Positions 61,258-64,000 of a stretch of 64,000 bases of DNA are shown here, one piece after another (positions within the stretch are counted from its first letter, which is position 1; each line of letters opens with the position of its first letter). Below the pieces are notes generated by a model. It was given only the letters and a program-made list of their open reading frames with translations. It did not search any database and had not been told where the DNA came from. A program made the translations under genes and the position numbers. Source of the DNA: an uncultured Anaerolineae bacterium (GTDB lineage Bacteria > Chloroflexota > Anaerolineae > CG2-30-64-16); assembly GCA_937124585.1 (NCBI GenBank), contig CAKZKT010000147.1, forward strand, positions 46,104 to 110,103, given 5' to 3'.

Positions 61258-62991
61258 ATGAGCAGGCGAAAGAAGAACCAGCAGCAGGTCGCTACCAGGC
61301 TCCTCGTGGGGATCCTCGGCATACTTCTGGTCATGTGCGTTGTGCTGGGGATCACGGGCATCTCGGTACTGATCGAATCGTTCCGACAACCAGGTCAGCC
61401 CGCGGCCAGCCCTGAGGTCAACACACACAATGCCACGCTGACGATTGCCGTCTCGCCGGAGAAGGCTGTGCTGCTCAAGAACCTGGCCGACAAATTCAAC
61501 GCCAGAAATCTGCGCACGCCCGATCGCCAGCCGATGCGCATCGAGCTGATCGAACTCAAACCGGACGAGATGGTCGAAAAAGCATTGGCCGGCCAGGCCC
61601 CCTTCCAGGCGCTCACGCCGGACTCGTCGCTGTGGCTCGACCAGCTCAACTACCGGTATGCCCAGGCGCAGCAGACAGAGCCCGGTGCGATTCCGCCCCG
61701 CCTCACCGGCGATGGCGTGCGCTACGCCGTGACGCCCATCGTCATCGCGGCCTGGGAAAACAGCGCCCGCAGCCTCGGCTGGCCGGACAAAGCCGTCGGG
61801 TGGACGGCTCTGCAAACGCGCGCACAGCAAGACGCCAACTTCAAATGGAACCATCCTAGCACCGCACACGCCAGCGGCTTGCTGGCGACGCTGGCCGAAT
61901 TCTACGCGGGCGCCGGCGTCCAGCGCGGGCTGACGGCCGAAATGGCCCAAGACCCCAAAACGCTCGAATTCGTCAGCAGCATCGAGAAGACGGTGCGCTA
62001 CTACGGCGAGGGCGAACTGACCGTCATCCAGCGAGCCGCGCAAGAGGGGCCGAAGTATCTGGACGCCTTTGTCACGCCCGAACAGTTGCTGGTGGCCTTC
62101 AACACCGGCGTGTTCGGCAAACCGCCTGCCCGTCTCATCGCCCTCTATCCGGCCGAAGGCACGCTCTGGGCCGATCACCCGCTGGCGCTGCTAGAGATGC
62201 CCGAGCCGACCGCCAACCAGCGGCGCACGTTCCAGGCATTTCGGGAATATCTCGCTTCGGCCGAGGTCCAAAAGGAGATCCTGCGCGCCGGCTATCGGCC
62301 CGCCGACCTGAGCCTTTCCCTGACCGGGCCCGACTCGCCGCTTACGGCGGCCAACGGCGTGGACCCGATGCAGCCGAAGACGACGCTACAGCTGCCATCA
62401 CCGGATGTCGTCGTGGTGGTACAAAACGCATGGGCGGTAACCAAGCGCCGGGCCAATGTCATGCTGGTGGTGGACACCTCCGGTTCGATGCGCGGCGAAA
62501 AACTGGCCAACATGCAGATCGCCCTGCGCACCTTCCTGACGCAGATCCCCAGCGACCAGGAACGGATCGGCCTTGTCGAGTTCAACACCACGGTGACGAG
62601 CATCATCGAGCTGGATACCCTGGCGAAGAACCGCGGCGCGCTGCTGCGCGAGATTGACGGCCTGCAGGCAAACGGCAACACGGCGTTCCTGGATGCCGTA
62701 CGCACCGCCTACCGCCGGCTGCAGCAGAGCAGCGACGGCGAACGCATCAACGCCATCGTGGCGATGACCGATGGCCGCGAAAATGCCTCGGTCATCACCC
62801 TCCAGCAGCTCGTCGCCGAGATACGTGCCGGCAATCAGAAGACGCCGGTGATCATCTTCTCGGTCGCCTACGGCAGCGACGCGGACATGAAAATACTGGA
62901 GGCGCTCGCCGAAGCCAGTGGCGGCCAGGTCCGCATCGGCACACCGGAGACGATTCGGGAGCTGTATAAGATCTTGTCGAGTTACTTCTGA
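61258..62991 (+). CDS. Membrane-anchored solute-binding domain plus vWA domain protein
   Basis: N-terminal TM; SBP motifs PDSSLW, YPAEGTLWADHP and GYRP; intact MIDAS DTSGS...T...TDG. Confidence 0.88.
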   Translation: MSRRKKNQQQVATRLLVGILGILLVMCVVLGITGISVLIESFRQPGQPAASPEVNTHNATLTIAVSPEKAVLLKNLADKFNARNLRTPDRQPMRIELIELKPDEMVEKALAGQAPFQALTPDSSLWLDQLNYRYAQAQQTEPGAIPPRLTGDGVRYAVTPIVIAAWENSARSLGWPDKAVGWTALQTRAQQDANFKWNHPSTAHASGLLATLAEFYAGAGVQRGLTAEMAQDPKTLEFVSSIEKTVRYYGEGELTVIQRAAQEGPKYLDAFVTPEQLLVAFNTGVFGKPPARLIALYPAEGTLWADHPLALLEMPEPTANQRRTFQAFREYLASAEVQKEILRAGYRPADLSLSLTGPDSPLTAANGVDPMQPKTTLQLPSPDVVVVVQNAWAVTKRRANVMLVVDTSGSMRGEKLANMQIALRTFLTQIPSDQERIGLVEFNTTVTSIIELDTLAKNRGALLREIDGLQANGNTAFLDAVRTAYRRLQQSSDGERINAIVAMTDGRENASVITLQQLVAEIRAGNQKTPVIIFSVAYGSDADMKILEALAEASGGQVRIGTPETIRELYKILSSYF

Positions 62992-63065
62992 GCATCACAC
63001 GAAATCGTGATGCGCTAAACGCCAGGTGTCTGACCCACCACGGTTCACGCTTTACACACAATCAT

Positions 63066-63947
63066 ATGCCAAACACCGATTCCATCCTCGATCGCATTAG
63101 ACAGGAAGCCGAGCGGGCACTGCTCATGAACGCCGTTTTCCGCTGGGAAAGCGCCGTAGTCATCGGCGGCACCGTGCTGCTGAGCATCTTCTTCAACGAA
63201 TGGCTGCCCGGCTGGCCGGTGTGGGCATGGCCGCTCATCGGTGTGATCGCCGAGGCCGCCGTGATCATCTCCAGCCTCACCGACAAAGGCGAAATGCAGA
63301 AGGTGATGGAGTCGCTCTTTCGCGAGAAATACAACACGGTCGGCATCCGTGACCGCGAGCTGCGCGCCAAGCTCGAAGAGGCCGAGGAATATCGCCGGCG
63401 CATCCAGGAAGTGGTGACCCAGCAGAAAAGCGGCGTCTTGCGCGACCGCCTGGTCGCCACCACCGCCCAGGTTTACGACTGGATCGCCAATATGGTCACC
63501 CTGGCACGGCGCATTGACACCTACCGGGCCGACACGATCATCCGCCGCGATCAGGCCGGCGTGCCGAAGGAGATCGGCGAGCTGGAACGGCGTTTGGCGA
63601 ACGAACGGAACCCGCAGGTGCGCGCCCAGATCGCCACCACGCTGGAATCGAAGCGCCAGTTTGCCGCCAACTTGCAGGAGCTAGCCGACCGCATGGTGCG
63701 CGCCGATCTCCAGCTCGACCATTCTCTGGCTGCGCTGGGCACCGTCTACTCGCAGCTGCTACTCATCGGCAGCAAAGACGTGGACTCGGATCGGGCCGAT
63801 CGCCTGCGCGAAGACATCCGCGGCGAAGTGCTGGCGCTGCAGGACCTGATGGAATCGCTGAACGAGGTCTACGGCATCGCCGTCGAAGGCGAACCATTCG
63901 CGCGCTCCACGGCCACCCAGCGCCAGCGCGCCGCGGCCCGACGCTAG
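63066..63947 (+). CDS. 2-TM membrane protein with long coiled coil
   Basis: Two hydrophobic helices at about aa 28-70, then a charged helical region. Confidence 0.75.
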   Translation: MPNTDSILDRIRQEAERALLMNAVFRWESAVVIGGTVLLSIFFNEWLPGWPVWAWPLIGVIAEAAVIISSLTDKGEMQKVMESLFREKYNTVGIRDRELRAKLEEAEEYRRRIQEVVTQQKSGVLRDRLVATTAQVYDWIANMVTLARRIDTYRADTIIRRDQAGVPKEIGELERRLANERNPQVRAQIATTLESKRQFAANLQELADRMVRADLQLDHSLAALGTVYSQLLLIGSKDVDSDRADRLREDIRGEVLALQDLMESLNEVYGIAVEGEPFARSTATQRQRAAARR

Positions 63948-63990
63948 GGCCCTGCCTGTCCAGCGGGCCAAACAACCATCGAGGTGTGTC

Positions 63991-64000
63991 ATGAAGTATC
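63991..64000 (+). CDS. Start of a further operon gene (truncated by window)
   Basis: GAGGTG RBS followed by ATG AAG TAT. Confidence 0.45.

Overview
GC-rich (roughly 65%) bacterial chromosomal window with no phage, integrase, transposase, rRNA, tRNA or true CRISPR that I can support. It is probably Chloroflexota, Anaerolineae-like; this is inferred from the YLPLVIK motif, the glyA-gcvT fusion and the gene style. From left to right it holds: cydB and a fused cydDC; a minus-strand AOR/MoaD, membrane hydrolase, phosphotransferase, aldo-keto reductase and enolase-superfamily block; a LacI-associated oligosaccharide locus (GH42, M81, Opp/Dpp-type ABC, beta-propeller, UroD-like, GH4, GH151-like); hemC-D-B-L divergent from a glyA-gcvT fusion; nadC, a nucleoside hydrolase, a 7x46-bp palindrome array, nadA and nadB; a minus-strand operon with a three-domain DsbA-like lipoprotein; wzz/cpsD-like genes, rfbB and secA; and an operon running off the right edge. 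Four observations stand out. (1) The DsbA-like gene is split by the ORF track at an in-frame TGA that sits in a UxxC motif and is followed by a SECIS-like hairpin, so it is a probable selenoprotein. (2) There is a putative new Psp/ESCRT-III-type envelope system: a STAND-like ATPase-wHTH regulator, 11-bp-periodic CTGTCA boxes, two tandem PspA paralogues, an SBP, an SBP-vWA and a TM coiled-coil protein. (3) RTCGAY hexamers are almost completely avoided. (4) Three dispersed repeat families are present. All calls come from reading motifs by eye; no database searches were run.
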